Shown: positions 1-14,897, numbered from the stretch's first letter. The stretch is 64,000 nt of DNA from Geosiphon pyriformis uo1 (GCA_016748015.1 JAAOMT010000319.1:19778-83777); one strand, 5' to 3'. The notes: generated from the sequence alone by a model not told the origin. Numbers and translations: made by a program.

Positions 1-286
1 TTATGGAGTTTTATAACATGTTTATTTTTTTTGCTATCTATTATAAAAATCAGTTCACTGATGGATAATCGAGATAACGAGATTAAAAGGTAAAGAGATG
101 AAGTATCTCAGTTCTTAATTATTAAACAAATTTGATTGGAATCGCATTTTTAACACTTTTTTGATTCTCGGTTTTTGATATCGTCCGAATTAGAAATTGG
201 TAAGTAGTTTTTGTTGAAAACTTTAATGAACATGAACTTTGAAATTGAGAGTCTAGAATAATATCACGTTTAACTCTTTGCAATGA

Positions 287-287
<1 letters not shown>

Positions 288-340
<53 letters not shown>
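288..340. repeat. (TAA)n microsatellite
   Basis: About 17 uninterrupted ATA/TAA units; explains the poly-Tyr ORF 270..452. Confidence 0.95.
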
Positions 341-344
<4 letters not shown>

Positions 345-1982
345 TAATAATAATGTAATAATAAAATAATAATAATGTAATAATTTTTGAAAAATGAGCT
401 TTAATTCCACATACAAACAATTTAATATTCTGTAAAAATGTTGCAGGACCAAGAATTAAAAAAAATTCAATTTTTTAGAAAATGTACAACAAAGGATCAA
501 TAATTATCTGTATTACAATTATAACATTCAAAACTCAAGATAGGTTATTATCAAAAAAATAATAGTCTTATTGATTTGAAGAGTTCAAAAATTTTTAATC
601 ATGAATTTAAAAAAACAAAGATACAAATTTAACTAAGCTTTTCTTCACGGTAAAAAATAATTTAATACAATTCATTAGAAATTTGATTTAAAAAGTTACA
701 ATACTTTTTAGTATGTGTGGAAGGTGACTAATAAAACGATACAAAATATTCTCTTATATATCAAAATACTTGAACTGATGATACTCGCATCAAAACCTTT
801 TCATAATTTTATGTTTGGTGACCAATTAAAGGCAATATCATAAAATCTAGAAAATTCTAGACCACATAAAGTATCCTCATCTCTCAAATTGGAAACCCCC
901 CCCCCCCAAGATTGTTTATAGAAATTTTTATAGTAAAAGAAATGGTTAATGACTAGTTACGCATAATTCATCTTTAAATAAATTTTATTTGACAGTTTCA
1001 AAGAAAGAAAAATATTAATGCACAATGACAACTTGACAACCAATGTTTTCAATTCGAAATTCCAACTTTCAATGCTATTAAAAGCTCTAGAACTTTGTTG
1101 AAAAAATAAATACAGTTAAACTTTTCCGAAATGGATATATAATTGGCATTATTATCATTGTCAATGAGTCAAATGCATATTGATTAATTCGCTAACCGAA
1201 TTTAAAAGCGGGTCAATCTCGTTATTATAATACCCCCGATTGTATCTTAGTAAGATGTTGCAAAAAAACCTCACAGATTTTCAGTGTCACACGAGAATCT
1301 AAACGTCTTTAATGTGCTCTAAAGATCGACGTTAAGATTTACGCGAGATTAATATATGAACCTATTATATGCGTGATAAGAAGTTACTCTAATCTAATAT
1401 GATTACCTTTGCATGATATCACACACTCTATTAATAATACGTTGCCATGTAAGGCAACAAGGTTGCTATCTTGACCTTTTCAAAAAAACAAAAACAAATA
1501 TAGGATGTCGCTCCGGAATTGGTTCAGACTAATCAACTCTTTTGGCGACCGAGGAAGCACCAACTGTCCCTGCATTATCAAATAGGAGAAAAAAAGAATT
1601 TTAAAACTTTGTTCTTTGGCATTCAATTTTTTATTCCTCTCATGTAATAATAATCATAATATATTATTATTATTACAATTGATATCAAGTTTATATAAAA
1701 CCTGGACGATATTCAATTATCTAAATAATATTTGTCAATATTACCTTTTTTTACCTCTCTTTAAAAAGGGTCCACCCTTATCTAATGCCAAAATTACTTA
1801 TGGGAATGATAATCCCTAAAGAGGTTTTTATCGAACTAGTCCTTTTAACAACTCAAACCAAGTCTTTCATTTATTCTTTTCTTGTGTCCTTTTTTGGTCT
1901 TTGTATTTGAACTTTTTTTTTAATCATCGGTTCATCCCATTTATTTTTTCCATTTTTGAAAATAATAACTAATCATAATAGT

Positions 1983-1984
<2 letters not shown>

Positions 1985-2027
<43 letters not shown>
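1985..2027. repeat. (CAT)n microsatellite in the 5' region of methyltransferase 1
   Basis: About 14 ATC units ending ~27 nt before the ATG at 2054. Confidence 0.95.
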
Positions 2028-2053
2028 AATAATAACAATAATATTATTAATCA

Positions 2054-3455
2054 ATGGGAAACTGCTTCAAGAGACCATCATCTTCATCGTCAGCGTCATC
2101 TCCATCACCATCCCCATCACCATCACAACACACTGAACTATCAGCTACAACTTCACATACTCATCTAAATTCATCTTCATTTTCAAATTTAATGACTGAT
2201 TCAATATTTTCAAAATTTTATGATTCAATTAAAACACCAACCACCTCAACCACACCTAAAAATACGAATTGCAATCATTCTCCTGATATTTGTGAGCATT
2301 CTTTTATCATTAATGGCCCAAGTGCTTGTTCTAATTTCCCCTCCTCAAAATATACACATCAACAAATGATTCCATTGGGAAAAATACAAGAGGGAAAGTT
2401 TCTAAATGATGACGATAGGTTTGAAAAACAACATGCTTTTTATCATTATACGTGGCAAGCAAATTTTTTGGCTCCAGTTCATGATCAGTTGAGATTAAGT
2501 AACTCTAGAGTATTAGATATAGGGTAAGAAATAGCAAGTTGAAATTGGGATTTATAATGGAACCTGAAAAAATATTTTACAAAGCTAAAAAGCTAACAAT
2601 TTAATTTCTATTATGATTTTTTTTTCATGATTCTTCTTCACATTAGATGCTCAACGGGAGAATGGGTACTTGACGTTGCCCGAAAATTTCCATGGACAAA
2701 CGTATGGGGCATCGATTCTTCATCCGTATTTCCAAACTCCACACCACTGAATGCCACATTTTTACATTGGAATATACTCGACGGATTACCCATTGTTGAA
2801 AACATTTTTAATCTCGTACATGCCCGTTGTTTATCCTCTTCTTTTACAGAAACTGAATGGGAAAAGCAAGTAATCAAAGAGATGGTACGAGTTACGAAAC
2901 CTGGAGGCTGGATTAGTTTAATGGAGGTTGATGGAGTGTACCTCAATGAAGGTCCGGTTACGGCGAAATTGACGGGTGGAAGTGAGTTTGATAATTTGTG
3001 ACTCTATATCATCCCATTATTGATTGATTGATTAAATAAATAAATTTAAAATGCTAATCATTTCGAAATTTCATTCATCATCATCCACAGTGCGATCATT
3101 ATTACTTGAAAAACAAATAATTCCGGTGATCCTCCCGTTACAACAGCGACTTTTAAAATCATTCCCACAACTCACCGATATCCAAACATATGAGAAATTT
3201 CCACCATTAGGAAGTAGAGCAGGTCGAGCTGGGGTGATCGCATCCAATGAATTTGAAAAAACATTTTATGATTTATCCAAAGATTTAGCGACGTTTTTGA
3301 AAATAACAGAAGAGGAATACCAATTGCTGGTGAAAAAAAGTTTAAAAGAGTTTAACGAGTATAAAACTTGCGCCAGGCATACAAGAATTTTGGCAAGAAA
3401 AAAGCAAATGGATGTAAATATTGAAGGTGATGACAAAGGTTGCAGCAGAATTTGA
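2054..3455 (+). CDS. Class I SAM-dependent methyltransferase (LaeA/Methyltransf_23/25-like), copy 1; exons 2054-2523, 2647-2981, 3091-3455
   Basis: GT-AG splicing joins RVLDIG|CSTGEW (motif I), VWGID (motif II), FNLVHAR and EMVRVTKPGGWISLME in frame. N-terminus MGNC followed by a Ser-rich linker. Confidence 0.9.
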
Positions 3456-5307
3456 ATTTTATTAGACAAGTGTGAATTAGATTTTGAAAAATAAACAAAT
3501 ATTTACATGATGATCACCCAAAGAAATTCTTCAATTGTGGTGCAACCAAATTCTCATTCTAGAAATACGTTGAAAATCGACTGTTTTTCTTTTCAAAAGA
3601 TTTGTCAAAAATTTTAATGGTGATAAAATTGATTCTAAATATCTTTCATTTAATCCTATATATTTAAACCTGTATTAATGTTAATCTTTCCTAAATCTAA
3701 AATTATCTTTAAATGTACTTTAAACCATTTAACAGATCTTTAATTTTCTAAAAAGATTTCCAATTTTATCTCAGTAAATTCGAATTCATTTCATTCCCTG
3801 ATGATGAATCAAATAAAAATAATCAGCTTTTTGAAAAATCAAAGCGTACAACATCTGATAAAATTTGGTTAAATTTCCGCACTGTTCAGTACACTGGGTA
3901 CCAGGTATATTATGAGGACCTCCTGTTTAAGTGTTTTTAATTTAGAAATGGTTTGCTAACGAAAATACTAAAAAACGTAGAATTTTTTGTTAACATTGTA
4001 GTATACACACAAACGAATGTTGTGCAATTTGGGTCATTTGACTCATGAATTAAGAAATTTGTCTGTGTGCATAAATATTAGGGTTATTTTTCAATTACAC
4101 GAGATTTTACTAATGGAGTATCAATTTACGATATTTTTTTTTTTTTTGAATTTGTGGCAAAGATTATATCAAAGTGTTACTTACTACAACAGCTTATGTC
4201 ATCAAAAGAATTAGTGATAATCTAAACATATACTGAGATTGCATCCCCTTTTTTTAAATGAAAAAAATTTAGTCAGCAGATTTAATGTAATTTTGTGAAC
4301 TTGAAAATTTGCAAATTTCCCCGAGTTTCCACCACAAATAACATCATTTCAAAGATTTGAAAAACATACGATCTTGTATACATCTTGAAATTCGTAATCA
4401 AATAAAATTTTCACTTAATTAACACAAAAATATAAATGTATAAAGTTTCTTAGCCTTTTAGTTCAATTACAAAATTTACCGAAACAGGTCTAGATCCTGA
4501 TTTTTGAAAATAAAGTAATGGCTTCCACTCACTCTCACGTTTGAGAACGAAAAATTAAAAATTCCTCACACTTTTATGCTATCATATTTGTAATATTAAA
4601 ATACATAAATGATAATTAATCCCAATCAAACGCTTTCTCAAACGATTTCTCAAATAATTGTAAAGGCTTATGTCGTGCAACCAGCGAAATTCCTGTGACC
4701 GTGCGTCAATCAAATGAAAAAATGGAAATCCTCTCAAATAGAATCGATGACATTTAACACACACACAGAAAGTCTAATGTCACTCAACAGCGCCAAAAAT
4801 TCAAAATCAAAAATAAATTTGATTCCAGAAAATTAATCGTCAATTTTCAAATCAAGGATTCGAAGCCTCAATTTTACTTATGTGAATGTTCATAGGTTTT
4901 ACTATTTTTCGAGCATTTCGGAAAAAAAAATGAAAATCACCTTTGATAAAAGTCATACAAAATAACTACTCTTATGCATAGTAAAGCAGGGAAAATTGAA
5001 AATCTTTTCCAAATTAACCTAATTGTGAAAGTTAGCTGTTTTATAAAATGGAAAATCTTGATTTTTTTAACCCTTATCGAAGGTTGAATGACCTCTGTTT
5101 TTTAAATCTCCTTTACTTTATTCTTCTCGTGAAGTTATTTAATATTAAGCTTCAATGTAAAAAGACAAGATTTTCAATAAATATTCATTTCAAATTAGAA
5201 ATACAATCTCTAAAGCTTTCTTATCCCTTCCTCACTTCTCCCTGCCTGCCTATCTACGACATTCCTTTTAGGGGACTCTCATTACCCGCAAAACTTTCTT
5301 TTTTAGA

Positions 5308-6507
5308 ATGGGAACATGTCTAACCAAGAATGATGACCTAAACTCTGAGCCCCGTTCAATTGATAACTTGATGGCATTATCATCTTCTTCACTGGTGACA
5401 CCATACAAAAATGGTCCAGAAGTCGCGATGTCTCGTTCCCAAAGTATCATTGAACATTCGTTTATTCTCAATGGCTCAAACTTGTATCATCAAAAAATCC
5501 AAAATGAAATCACGAATTTCGGTATAAAAATAAAAAAAGAGAGATTTGAAAAGCAAAATGCTTGGTTACAATATATCTGGCAAGCGAATTTCCTGGCTCC
5601 AGTTGAAGATCAGTTAATGTATGGCAGCGCTAGAGTTTTGGATTTGGGGTAAATAATTTTAAAATAATAAATTCCCAAATTGGGTTGAAACAAAACTTTT
5701 TAATATTTGGGTTTAAATCGTTAGATCTTAAAATAAGATTTAGATTTAAATTCTCACATATCTTTATTTGAAGTTGTATCACTGGAGAATGGGTATTAGA
5801 AGTTGCCAAATCCTACCCTTGGGCAAATGTGTATGGCATTGATACAGCGCCAGTATTTCCTTCCGTTTCCCCCTTAAACGCTACCTTTCTACAATACAAT
5901 ATCCTTGAAGGGCTGCCGATTGCCATCAATACATTTAACCTTGTACACGCACGATGCTTAACGTTCACATATAGCCAAAAGGATTGGAAACGAAAAGTGA
6001 TGAAGGAAATTATAAGAATTACTAAATCTGGTGGTTGGATCAGTTTGATGGAAATCGAGATAAAATATCAGAATGAAGGACCGGTGACGACACGATTGAC
6101 TGATGCAAGTGAGTAATCAAAATTGATCAATTAAACCTTTATTAAATTAAATATTTCTGTAATAATTCATCAAATCTAAAAATTGATCAGCACGAGAAGT
6201 CTTAAGGCAAAAAGGTTTCTCATCAACAATATCCACGCTACAAGAATATCTACTCCGTGAATGTGACTTACTAGAAGATATTCAAACCCACGAAAGATTT
6301 CCATCAGTTGGGAGTTGGGCAGGAAGAGCAGGGATTATTGCCGCGCATGAATTTGTACAAACAATGCGAATATTACAATCAGATTTATCGTTTTTTTTAG
6401 GGATTAACTCAGACGAGTTTAGCTCAATGCTTCAGATCTGTTTAAAAGAGTTTACCGAGTTTAAAACTACTGGAAGGGTTGTTAAGGTCCTTGCCAGAAA
6501 GAAATGA
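5308..6507 (+). CDS. Class I SAM-dependent methyltransferase, copy 2 (tandem paralog); exons 5308-5648, 5774-6108, 6191-6507
   Basis: RVLDLG|CITGEW, VYGID, FNLVHAR, RITKSGGWISLME. Same two intron positions and phases as copy 1. Last exon ends VKVLARKK*. N-terminus MGTC. Confidence 0.9.
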
Positions 6508-7199
6508 ATCATGAATTGAAAATTCTTTAATTTGATACACGGTTTCAAAATTTTAATTTTAAAATTCATATAACCTTTACATTTTTTTGCACTTTATGCA
6601 GATTCACCTACAAGCTTATGTTTTATTTATTTATTTAGGATCATGCACTTAAGAAATTTTATTAAGCTTTTATTTTAGCAGCCAAGTTCAAAGAACAAGA
6701 TTTTACCCCAGATTTTTTCGTCAACTTGTGATGAATACCAATCTTTCTTTTCGCAAGAGATCACATCTATTTTTGATTGATTGTTGTGAACAGGAAATTT
6801 TTTTTATAAAACTTTATATTTTTATATTTTTAAATTGTTCTAAAAATGAGAATATATCTGACTTTAATATTTATTGTAAATAAAATTAGACCGAAGATTA
6901 TTAATATTAAATTAAATAAAGAAAGCCTTTGATGACAGCTTTAATAAAAAGAACGAATTGACTCAGTTTATCAGAACAATTGTTGTTTGGGTTTCAAAAC
7001 ATAATATTGAAAATCCAAATCCATTTGATGCATTAAATACATCAATCCAATTTCTTGGTAAATGCGCAATTAAATATATATTACTGCCATTTCAATTACC
7101 AAAAAATAAATAAAAAAATAAATTGAGGAGCACAGCAGTTTTTGCTAATAGTTTTTATGCCCATATATAAAATGAATATTAAATTTAAAGGGTAAATTT

Positions 7200-10100
7200 T
7201 AAAAAAATTTTTGTTATTTTATCCACAGCATATTTAATAAGAGATAATATATGATAAAAAAACTTTTGTTAATTTCGAAATTGTGATAAAATATTAATTG
7301 TATTTCTAAAATTATTTCATTCTTTAATAAAACCTGTTTTTTGTTTTTTTTAACTATGAAGTTTTGCTAATATTTGCTAAATTTTAATTAATTAAAATAT
7401 AAAATTTCAAAGTATTTTAATAATGTTTCAACTTTAACAACAATAATAAATATATTTTTTTATAATTATTATTTTTCAACTCATAAATTTTATTGTTTTA
7501 TATTTTTAATAAATTATTTACATAAATATAAAAATTTGATAAAATAACTACGTATTTTTAATATATTTATAATACCTAACCAATTTTTAGTAACATTTTA
7601 TTAAAATAAAAAACAGCAGTAGTTTTAATAATGGTATAATTAAAAGTAATAATAATTAACCAAAAATTATAATAATAGTATAATTACAAAATAGTAAAAG
7701 AAAATTTAATAAAATGTATTTATAATAATTATTATAAAACAAATATACCAAAATATTTCGGAACTATAGAAACTCAAGGTTCCAACAATTTTAACTGGTA
7801 TTACTATAAAAAATTTAGATATTATGTAGAGAGTATCCAATCTATTAACACAATTAATATTTATTTATTAAAAAATAATTTATAATAAACCCAACCCAAA
7901 TTAATTTAATAATTAATATTCAAAGACCAAATAATTAAGATGATAGTATTCAAAATAAAAAAATTCTGGTCAACAAATATACTAATAGTCCGAGCTTTTA
8001 ACTATTTAAAATATCCATAATAAAAAACAGTCATGAAATGGAGACATTCCTATTGTCAAATTATATATATTAAGATAAAACTATCAATATCATCAGCATT
8101 TTTAATTAAATCAAATTAAAACTAATAATAATAATAATCCAAATTGCCATTTTTCTATACATTATTAGACGGATATATAGATTGAATACTTAATTATTTT
8201 ATCAACTTTATTGCTGCTTGAAAAGTCGTAATAAGATTCAAAAAATATAAAACAATATGTATTATAGTAATTTATTTTATTGCTTAGAATTTTTTTTTAA
8301 CATAATTAATATTTATTGCAATCATAAAAGATAAAAGATAAGTATAGATAAAATGTAAATATGTTATTATAAGAATTTTGATAAAATAAAAATTTTATTT
8401 TGTAATTACATTATTTTTTTAGTTAATCTTATTCCAGTAATTCTGTTCAACTTGGATGTAAATACAGTTCAGATAATTTATATGATTTTTAATAAGTAAA
8501 AGTCTTCAAAATTTTCTAATAGTATTAAAAATTTCTTGATTCCAATAATTTTTCTTTAGCTATTTTTTGTACAGTATTATAATTAATATTCAAAGCAAAA
8601 ACTTTTTGCCATCAATGGTAAATTTTTTTAAAAACTTAATATTTTTCAAATAAGCTCAATATTAATATTTTTGATTTTAATTGTTTTGGTATTTTTTTAT
8701 ATTTTTTGTTTGTAAAAGAAAAAAAGTTGTTGGTTTAATCAATTTAATATATTTTGATTTAGTACACTTATTTTTGTTTTTATTTACTACTTTTGTTATT
8801 ATTTACAGAATTTTTATTGTTTAATTAATGTTTGTTTTTAATTTAATTTACTTTTTAAATAAAGTAAATATTCTAAAAAAATATTAAATTAATATTAAAA
8901 TATTTTATTTAATTGTGATATTAATGTTAAAAATATATAGAGTAAAAATAATTTAATAAAATTGAAAATAACAATTATATTATTTAATAATAATAGCTTT
9001 ATTATCTAAATAGTAAATTTATAATAATATATAAAACATTTGAAATGTTATTAATACAAACCAAACATATATTAGTGTTCTCTTTTTCAAACTATAATAA
9101 ATACACAAAATATTATAATTACTATTGAAAATATCAAATGTGAATTAAAATACATTAAAACTAAACATAAAAAATGTGTAAAACAGTTAAAAAAGAGAGA
9201 TAGCTTGAGTAAATTAAAAATAAAAATTAAAAAAAGAATTGGTAAATAAAAGAAAAAAAACTAAAAGAAAAAATACAGGATTTAAATACAAAATTTAAAA
9301 GATAAATTGATAGAAATATATAAGACAGATAGTTATATTATAATTTACAGTCTGGTAAGAAAAAAATTGGAAATATAAAAATAATTACTATGGCTTAACT
9401 AATGTACCAAATTACATAAAACAACTTTTATTAGAAAGTCAAATACCATATAATTTTATTAAAAAAAATTAATAGGAAATTCTTTCACCATTTGTCTCAA
9501 TTATCATTTCACAACGCTGCCTGATTGATCCTACTAAACCAATTAAGGTAGATTCAGGAATATCTTGCCACTCTTCCCCTATAAATCTCTCTAATTCATT
9601 ACGATTTTGAGGCATTCTTTTTTCTACATTCTTTTTAACAATAGCCCAAAGGTTTTCTATTGGGTTTAAGTCGGGACTATTAGATGGCCACCCCAACAAA
9701 TCAATTGTATTCTCAGCAATAAATCTTTGGCAAGCTTGCTAGTATGCTTGGGGTCATTATCTTATTGGAAATGCCAATATCCCCCAGCATTGCTCTAATT
9801 TCAAGTAAGTGGTTACGAAGAATATCTATATAAAATTGAGCATTCATTATTTGAACAAAACAAAATAAACTAGTCTTTCCTTTTTCGTAGAAACCCCCCC
9901 CTCCCCACGCGAGAATTTTTGTTCGATCTTTAGGCATAGAACGAATTGGTCGAGTACCTTTATGCCAACGTTTTACCGTGTTTTGAAAAAGTTGAAAAGA
10001 CGTTTCGTCAGTAAAAACTGTTCTTTTCCAATCGTCGTTCAGGTGTTTTTTGGCCCATTCTACACGTTTTCGCTTATGCTCTTCGGTCAGCATTGGAGTT

Positions 10101-11900
10101 GCTCTAGGAAGACTTTTTTTATAATTAAGGTTGGATAAATGGTTTTGAATAGTAACATGAGAAACATTTATTCCCTTCTTAGCCAACTTTATTGCTAAAT
10201 ATCTAGACGAAACTGAGGAATCTCTACAATTAATCTGCCCTAATACTTTCGAAGAATTTCCCATAATCTTTCTTGGCCGACCATTACCACTCGCATGCTT
10301 TATTGTTTGAGTTTTTCGAGGATATTATAGATTGTAGAAAGGGGTATATTCGTTTTATTCTGTATTTCTTTCGCCTTTCGTATTCCTTGCTTCCAAAAAT
10401 GTAATACGACTTGCCGTTGCGTTTCTTGCTTTGAAGTCGGCATTTAAAAGACAAGTTTTAAAAAAAACTATTAGTTAATACGCGAGAAAATGTTTTTAGA
10501 GCTCAGCCACTTATCTAATATTCTGTTTCCATTTTTACCCTCACAAAACTTACAAAAATAGTTAAACCAAATGCAATCTTAGTAGATTCATATTTTTCCA
10601 ATTTTTTTTTTTACCAGACTGTAGATATCAAAATAACAAAGTATATAAATTATTATTTGAAGTAATATTTCTGTTTTTTACTTGATTATTAAAAACATAA
10701 CAAAATTTATACATGAACAAAATAAAAACCATACAACTTAAAATAATAAAAATAGTAATAACTTTATAATATAGAGTATTATTATGGTTCAAAAAATTAG
10801 TAAAAATTATAAATAGTAAAAATTATTTAATTATAATATAACACAGTAATAATCTTAGAAAGATAATAATTTATATAACAGTAATTATCAAATAATGATA
10901 ACAACAAGCACTATTTTGTAATAACAGCAAACATCATAATATAATAATAGCAAATATTATTTAAAAATATCAAAAATAGAGTATTACAATATATTATTTT
11001 GTACAACTACAAACATGTATATATATAATAATTTTAATATTGAAAAAAATATTTTCCATTTTTTACTTTTTAATAACATCTAAATAAATTTTTAATTAAT
11101 TAAAAGAAATAACAATATAATTTTGAAAACTAAATTATTGTGCAAATCTATTAAAAAACTCACTTGCATTTATTTATTGAAAAAATAATTTCTAATCAAG
11201 ATTATTCATTTTTTTTTATTAATTAATTAAAAGCTTTATTATTTAGAATTAAAAAAAAAACACTCAAAACAATAACATTCTGTGTTTTTAGATTAAAAAA
11301 AACACTTTAGACAATTGGAAGAAAATATATTTTAACCATTTCTTTACAAGACAAAATATGATCTTATTAATTTAATTTGTACTATATATGTTATAATACA
11401 TTTTTAAGTTAATAATTTTCTAAAGTTGTTATTTAATGAGACAAAATTTAGAGTTTTTAAAAAGAATATAATCAAGATAATGTATAAAAAAATTTTTATT
11501 ACAAAATAGATAATAAAAATTATAATAGTTTTAAAAAAGCAATTGTTTAAATTATTAATTAGATAAAAATAATAAATAGATTAAAGATATTATGGAAATA
11601 ATATGAAGTTAAATAATAAATAATGAATTATAACTAAATTAATAACTTATTGATTAAGCAAATAAACCAATAGGTTAATTGGCTAAAACATAATTTTATT
11701 TTTTATACCTCTAAAATCTTTGTTTTTGATAATTAAAAACAATTTCCAATTGAATTATAACTTTGAAAAAAATTAAAATTAAATAATTATATTATTCATA
11801 ATAGTTTTTCAAAAATATGAAGTAGCATATAATTCAGTTATTTAATTTATTGTTTAAAAAACTCTTAAAATAATTTACATTCATTGAAAATTATATGTCC
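7200..11900. repeat. Strongly AT-eroded tract, probably an old transposon relic, interrupted by a younger Tc1 element
   Basis: Very low GC, almost no CpG, no ORFs in the track other than the Tc1 fragments; remaining C/G mostly in AC/GT. Family not recognisable. Confidence 0.5.
9348..10621 (-). mobile_element. Full-length (1274 bp) but inactivated Tc1-family DNA transposon
   Basis: TIRs CAGTCTGGTAA(G/A)AAAAAAATTGGAAA at both ends, flanked by TA (9346-47, 10622-23). Transposase from ATG 10443 (MPTSKQETQRQVVLHFW...) to 9469 with FTDETSF, FQ*DNDPKH and SPDLNPIENLW; frameshifts and a CAA>TAA stop. Confidence 0.93.
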
Positions 11901-12581
11901 TTTTAATGAGCCAAAAATGAACGAGTTTTCAAACTATTCACTTCTAGAATTTGAGCTCCATACTATTTTGATTGGGTAGGATAGCAGGTTTATGTGCAAT
12001 GACGAACCACAGTAACAGAACGCCAATTATTAACGATGTGCTGTAATCGAGAAAATGTATCTGTATCAATTTCGGCACACAAAAAAGCTCAGCGTGTCAA
12101 ACAGACTTGATAAGAATTTAGACGTTATTTAAAAAAGTTAAAATAGTTTAAAAGAATTTTCTAGCCATAATAAAAATACGATAAAAAGTTTTGATGTTAA
12201 ATATTTAAAAATTATATATATATTGATATTTTATTGCCTGATTGATTTTATTTCATTTCTTTTTCAAAAATAAATAAATTAATTACTATTAGCCTAAAAA
12301 TATTTTGAAAAGGGTAAAATTAACATCAATAAAAACAGTTTTATGCTTAAATGGCTTAATTATTTAACAAAAATTAAAATATTGTTTAATTTCAAAAAGG
12401 TTATAAATACATCGGGTATTCACTTGGTAAAATTTCAAAATAAATTAATTATTTAACCATTGAAATATTGTTAAGCATAGAAGAAATTATATATAGTAAA
12501 AACCTTAAAATTATCAGATCAATAAAACAAAGGAGAGTGATCTGGGGTATTGAATATTTTAACAGAATTTTTCCAAAATGG

Positions 12582-12789
12582 TCAAATATATGAAGCTACT
12601 TGAGTTTCTTCAGTTTTTTCGAAATTTTGATTGATTGGTGCTAAGGTTTGATTGGGTGATGATGAGAAGTTATTTTTATTTTTGGACCCTTCATTCAAAA
12701 AGAATTGAATTGAATTCGTGAATCTGAAATATTTTATTTAAGATGGTCAAGGTAGAACTTGTTAAAACTATTGAATCAAGTAAAGAGGA

Positions 12790-12829
<40 letters not shown>

Positions 12830-14571
12830 TTCAAAACCTTTACATACCCGCTAATATTGCATGCTACCGCAAAAGTTACATGTAAACCTAAATATTCGTT
12901 TTTCTTTAAAAAAAAAAAACCCCCCACCCCAATTGTAAAATTAGTGAAAAATTGTAAGGTTACTTGCATTATTATTTTCTTGTTTTATTTGAGTTAAAAT
13001 TTCGATAAAATTCTTACTTTAATCGTCGCCATAAAAATAAATGCGATTCCTGCTATCTGTAAAGTAAAAGTTGTATTTGTTTTAGTGAATTTTAAACTTG
13101 ATAAGAATTGTAGAGTTTTTATGAAACACATATATTCTTGATTGATTGATTGATTGATTGATTGATTAATTACCAGCTGATACCCGTACATTAAGCAATA
13201 ACTAAGAATTCTTCGATTCACAATTTGTTGAACTTTATTAAATCGCACTTGGTCATAACTTTCTGTCCCTTTGGTTGATTCCCCATTCTGTATAGAAAGC
13301 TGAGCTTTTCGAACCATGTTTAAACTTTTTAAGGTTCTTTGATAGCAAAAAAAGATCCAAGACATTGCTGTAAGATGGATTGAGAGTGTAAGCCAGGTCA
13401 TTAGGTGTGAAGGATTTTTTGCGGTTGTATAGCACCTATTAAATAATTTTTTTCAAGTTTAAAAATTAGTCCAAGGCTTAATAATTTCTATTTAACTGAT
13501 TTGGGGAACAATCAAACGAAAAATAAAATAAAATAAAATAAAATAAAATAAATAAATAAAGAGAAAGAAATAATATTTTTACCAGTATGCACCTTCCCCC
13601 GATTGACTTTTATAAAATAAGCCACAGAATACACAAAATGTAGGTAGTATAACCTGTGGGAGAATTAATTTCCACTCATATTTTCCCAAATAAATTTTTT
13701 TCATTCGACATACTATAAATAATTCATTTCACATCATAAAAAAATTTTATGTGAGAAAAATGAGTTTTTGCTTTAAAGGATAAAAGTTTATTTTAATTAT
13801 TGTGATTAAAAATAAACTTTGAAATTACCTTTTAAATATATTATCGTAGCAACTGAAACTGATAAAGCCAGGTCCATAACGAAAGATGAATAAAATAAAT
13901 TAATCAAAATTTTACAAGACATTTGTGGCCATAGACGAAGATGTATCAATGGGTAACCCTAAAGAAAACCAAAAAAAAAAGTTTTATTTAATTAATTCTT
14001 GCAGTCCATGTAAACTTGTTTAATTTTTTTTTATAAATTTGTTAATTATATCTTACCATATTAATTAAAGATTGGGTATGTAAGAAAAGACCTGTAAAAA
14101 AATTTGAAAATTATAAATTTAAAAACCTCAAATCAATACATTCTACAAAAAATTTTAAACAAAAAACTCACTACGTAGCCCCAAATATATAGGTACAGTC
14201 AATGACATTTGTAATGGAGCTTTGTTATTAAGCTTCCACAACCTATAAACGTGAATGAAAACAAAAAAACATCCGACGATCGATATCGATGCCATGGTCA
14301 TCCCGGCTATTGAGACAATTCGTTGTTTCAAAGGGAATTTAGGGTCAAAATCTTGGAATGTTGTAGTGATGTTGATTTCTTTTTGTGGCGTAACTTGTCG
14401 CTGAACTTCATTTTTTATTGATTGATCGGTAATAGTCGATAATATTGATGATGAACTTAATACCTCTGTCTGTGGAAAACTTTGAAATTCTGGGCAGAGA
14501 TTCAATAAGCATAATATCAGGATAAGGAAGTACAAAACATTGGATTTGGGACGTATTATTCTTGATGACAT
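12582..14571 (-). CDS. Multi-exon 7TM receptor, Git3/cAMP-receptor-like GPCR with signal peptide
   Basis: Signal-like VLYFLILILCLLNLCPE, S/T-rich ectodomain, TM1 (SIAGMTMASISIVGCFFVFIHVYRLW...MSLTVPIYLGL), further TM exons (WIFFCYQRTL; RRILSYCLMYGYQ; EYLGLHVTFAVACNISG), last exon FTNSIQFFLNEG...VASYI*. Many short GT-AG introns; not every junction was checked. Confidence 0.75.
12793..12828. repeat. (AAT)n microsatellite in a GPCR intron
   Basis: About 12 AAT units. Confidence 0.9.
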
Positions 14572-14897
14572 TTTCAACGAGGATTACGAACTTTTGCAGA
14601 TAAAAAAAATAAACAATACTTTTTAAATTTTAACTTTTTAACGTTTATTTCAAGAGGAGGCATGTTTATATATATATATATATATATGTTCGATTTCACT
14701 CGTCTTTGAGTAAAAAGATATCTTTTCTCGATCGGAAGTTTTTTTTAAATTTTCTTAATGTGGTTAGAGATAAGTGAATTCGTGTTTAATTAGAGGTTTT
14801 CGGAAATTTCTAAATGTAGATTAGATAATTGATCAATGTTCATTGGATCCCCAGTTATTAAAATTGGTTAAACAAATTTTAGTGTACAAAGGATTTT

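Noticed and set aside
270-2168. Poly-Tyr (270..452) and poly-His (1956..2168) ORFs
   Set aside because: Translations of TAA and CAT microsatellites; the second overlaps the real methyltransferase in another frame.
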